Shown here one piece after another: positions 60,977-64,000 of a DNA stretch of 64,000 bases. The DNA comes from Felis catus (Eukaryota): the NCBI RefSeq assembly GCF_018350175.1, contig NC_058368.1, positions 17,610,001 through 17,674,000 on the forward strand, read 5' to 3'. The stretch's first letter is position 1; every line of letters begins with the position of its first letter. A program made the position numbers and the translations under genes. The notes under the pieces were generated by a model, which was given only the letters and a program-made list of their open reading frames with translations, was not told the origin of the DNA and did not search any database.

Positions 60977-62275
60977 CTTGGGAGAAACGAGGAAAGATGG
61001 TAATAGCTTGAGTGAAGGAAGGTACATTTTCAGAAATATGAAATGTATACTTAGGGCTAGTATGTGGTGATGATGAGTGTGTTACCCAGAATTGGAGATA
61101 AAATAGCCTGGCAGGTGCCATGTTATTTGAATGGATCAAAAATATGTGTCTGCTCTATTTGGATATGTTTTATTTGGGTGTTTTGTTGGCTCTACAGTGT
61201 TTTAAGCAATTATTAAAGATGTTTGCCATAAGAGCTCGCTCGTGATATATTACCATAGGACCTCTTTACGCATTTCTGTTATTTCTTAGGCTCTGAGAGT
61301 GATCAGGGTTTGCAACCCTTGTTCTTCAGTTTTTCTCAATATCAGAAATCAGATAAACAGATAGATCCTAATCAGTAATTTCATCTGAGTAAGGTCCAGA
61401 CATGCTGAATACTCTGTGACCAAGATAGTATGACAATTGACCTAAGGAATAGAAACATGATTTTGCAAGACAAATAATTATAGAAAAGCAAGTCATGTAA
61501 TAATATATAAATTCTTCAGCAAGTATTTTGTCATTTATTTGCTTCAAAATATTACATAAAGATGGAAAAGTACATTTATTTTTAGTTTTACAAATAGGCA
61601 TGAGTTCAAAATTCATGAAAACCCACTGAGGTCACAAGAGAGAAGGTTGGTAGTACCCTGAGAAACCAAGTCTCTTCACTCCTTCCAGTCAGTCACAACT
61701 GGCCCCATCCCCATGTGTAATCACCCTCCTGAAGTTTGTGACAGTAATGTCCTTACCTTTCTTTAATGTCTAATTATGGCATTCACAAAACAACGGTTTT
61801 GCAAAACCCTTCTGAATACATGCTTCTCTGTCTTGTTTCCTTAGCTTAGAGTCATGTTTGCAGAATTCATCCTATGTTTGTAGGGTAGTTCACTCATTAT
61901 ATTGTTGCCATGATTTTACGGCTGCACCATGATTTATATATGCATATGTGCGTGGACATGTGGGTGGTTTTCAGTCTGGTAACAATGCCACAGTGTTCTA
62001 GCACATATTTGCATGACATTCTTTAGGTATACACCTTAGAATGAATGTAGATCACAGCATGATTCGTCTAGTATGTTGGTTAATGCCAATCTGTTTTCCA
62101 ACATAGTTGCACCAACTGACATTCCCACCAGCACCGAAGGAGAATTGTTGCTGTTCTCCATCCTCACCAATGCTGAGTTATGTCAATCTTTTTAAGCTAT
62201 TTAATTTAAAAAAGCATATATGTACACAATGCACACATCATAGGTATACAGCTTATGTATTATCAAAAGTAAACA

Positions 62276-62499
62276 GGGGCGCCTGGGTGGCGCAGTCGGT
62301 TAAGCGTCCGACTTCAGCCAGGTCAGGATCTCGCGGTCCGTGAGTTCGAGCCCCGCGTCGGGCTCTGGGCTGATGGCTCAGAGCCTGGGGCCTGTTTCCG
62401 ATTCTGTGTCTCCCTCTCTCTCTGCCCCTCCCCTGTTCATGCTCTGTCTCTCTCTGTCCCAAAAATAAATAAAAAACGTTGAAAAAAATTAAAAAAAAA
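62276..62499 (+). mobile_element. Young SINEC_Fc
   Basis: TSD AAAAGTAAAC. Confidence 0.95.
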
Positions 62500-62797
62500 A
62501 AAAGTAAACGCAACTAGGTAACTAGCACACATGTCAAGAAATAGGACATCACCAGCACCCCAGAAACCTCCTCCCTGTTCCCCTTCCCAAATATTCCCAA
62601 ATATTGACTTCCTAATGGCAATTATCTGAACTTCTGACACTACAGATTTGCCTGATTTTGACCTTCATATAAGTGGAGTCCTGTATTATTATATGAGATT
62701 CTTCCATGTTGCTGTATGTAACATCCATTTGGTCTATTTCACTCTATAGTATTCTATTATTTGAATAAATCACAATTTATTTTTCCAATCTGCTTCT

Positions 62798-63103
62798 TTA
62801 TTTTTTGCTTTACTTCCTTTTTTACTTTTCATTTTATTGAAAAAAAATTTTGAGTGTAGTTTACACGCAATGTTATATTAGTTTCAGGTGTACAACATAG
62901 CGATTCAAATTCTCTATATGCTATGCTAATGGATAAGGAAGATGTGGAATATCAAATGGTGGAATATTACAGACTATTGCATAGCCATAGAAAAGGATGA
63001 GATTGTGCCATTTGCAACAACGTGAATGGACGTAGAAGGTATTATGCTAAGAGAAATCAGACTGAAAAGGACAAACACCATATGATTGTACTCATATGTG
63101 GCA
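62798..63103 (-). mobile_element. Short carnivore L1 with 5' inversion
   Basis: Antisense 3' end to about 62927, then sense atggataaggaagatgtgg...ctcatatgtgg; flanks TCCAATCT(G)CTTCT at 62784-62797 and 63104-63116. Confidence 0.75.
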
Positions 63104-63872
63104 TCCAATCTCTTCTGCTAGATATTTGGATTATTCTCACCATTGTCTATTACACAACATGTTGCTACAAACATTTATGTACACATCTTTGGGTACACAT
63201 TTGCATCTGTTTCTTTTGGGCATATTGATACTGGGAGTAGAAATTCTGGGCAATAGGATATACATATAATTAATCTCAATGGTTAACTTCATAGAGAGTT
63301 TCAGAGTAGTTATACCAAATTTCATTTTTATCAGCAGAGTGTTGGGTTCCTGTCTTATAGTCAGTTTTTTAATTACAAAAAGTCTGATAGACACAATGCC
63401 TTTAATTTTCATTTCCCTGATTACTACCTCGGTTTTATATCTTTTCATACATTTATTAGCCATTCAAATTTTTCTTTTGTAAAAGGTCTGTTCAATTTTC
63501 CTGCCCATTTTTCTATTGGGTTGTCTGTCTCTCACAGATCTCCAGAAGTTTTTATGTAGTCAGAATACTATCCTCTTTTATCTGTGGCTAACTTCATTTT
63601 GCTAATATTTTATTTAGGATTGTGTCATTTATGTTAATAAAGCTTGCCTATAATTTTTATTTCTTTTATAGTTCTTTCCAAGTTTTAGTATCAAAATTAT
63701 GCTGGTGTCATAAAATAAGCTGGGGTATATTTCTTCTTTTTCTTCTTGCTGGAAAACTTTGTATGAAATTGGTGATAATTCTTCTTTACATGTTTGAAAG
63801 ATTCACACATGAAGACAAATGTGTCTACAGTGGCTTTTTTGTAGGAAGTTCTAAATTTTGGATTCAACTTCT

Positions 63873-64000
63873 TTATTTTTATTTGTATTTTTTGTTTTAT
63901 TTTAGAGAGAAAGAGTGTGTGAGGGGGTAGAGGGGCAGAAGGAGAGAGAGAATCTCAGGTAGGCTCTACACTCAGTGCAGAGCCCAAGGTGGGACTCAAT
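63873..64000 (-). mobile_element. CanSINE 3' part (cut by window end)
   Basis: gagagaatctcaggtaggctctacactcagtgcagagccc. Confidence 0.85.

Larger units (their letters stand above)
61700..63870 (-). mobile_element. Mosaic of old L1 (L1M) fragments, intronic to the predicted gene
   Basis: gttgcaccaactgacattcccaccagca, aagaaataggacatcaccagcaccccagaa, ttttcatttccctgattact. Confidence 0.8.

Noticed and set aside
61745..61760. Minus-strand donor-like AAG|GTAAGG
   Set aside because: Lies in an L1 remnant with no supporting open exon
394..62640. Many 60-110 aa ORFs containing GAWVAQSV..., RERGRHRI... or APGWRSRLS...
   Set aside because: They are translations of CanSINE copies, not genes

Overview
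This is mammalian DNA, almost certainly from a felid: it carries about 38 carnivore CanSINE copies, many of the young domestic-cat-like SINEC_Fc type, plus carnivore LINE-1. The window is mostly intergenic and dominated by retroelements (CanSINE, L1, L2, MIR, MaLR/ERVL LTRs), with a few DNA transposons and microsatellites. The only credible host coding sequence is the 3' end of a minus-strand spliced gene that I could not name. It has a 65-nt exon (60976-60912) and a terminal exon (60671 to about 60065) encoding ...NDEGRRIVQTNKKCPSRLCKG|DCVLLDQYGQRL*, followed by a 3'UTR with a young antisense SINE and an AATAAA plus GU-rich poly(A) site. The most unusual structures are: (1) a 2.7-kb L1 5'UTR/ORF1 fragment with no 3' end or poly(A) tail but a perfect 18-bp target-site duplication (TSD) inside an L2; (2) a decayed LTR40/HERVL40-like class III provirus with both LTRs, a tRNA-Ser-type primer-binding site and a gamma-type env remnant; (3) two twin-primed inverted L1 insertions; (4) one target site duplicated four times by successive insertions. 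Repeat family names come from recall of consensus sequences, not from database searches. I found no evidence of a wholly new biological system, and nearly all ORFs in the supplied track are repeat-derived or chance.
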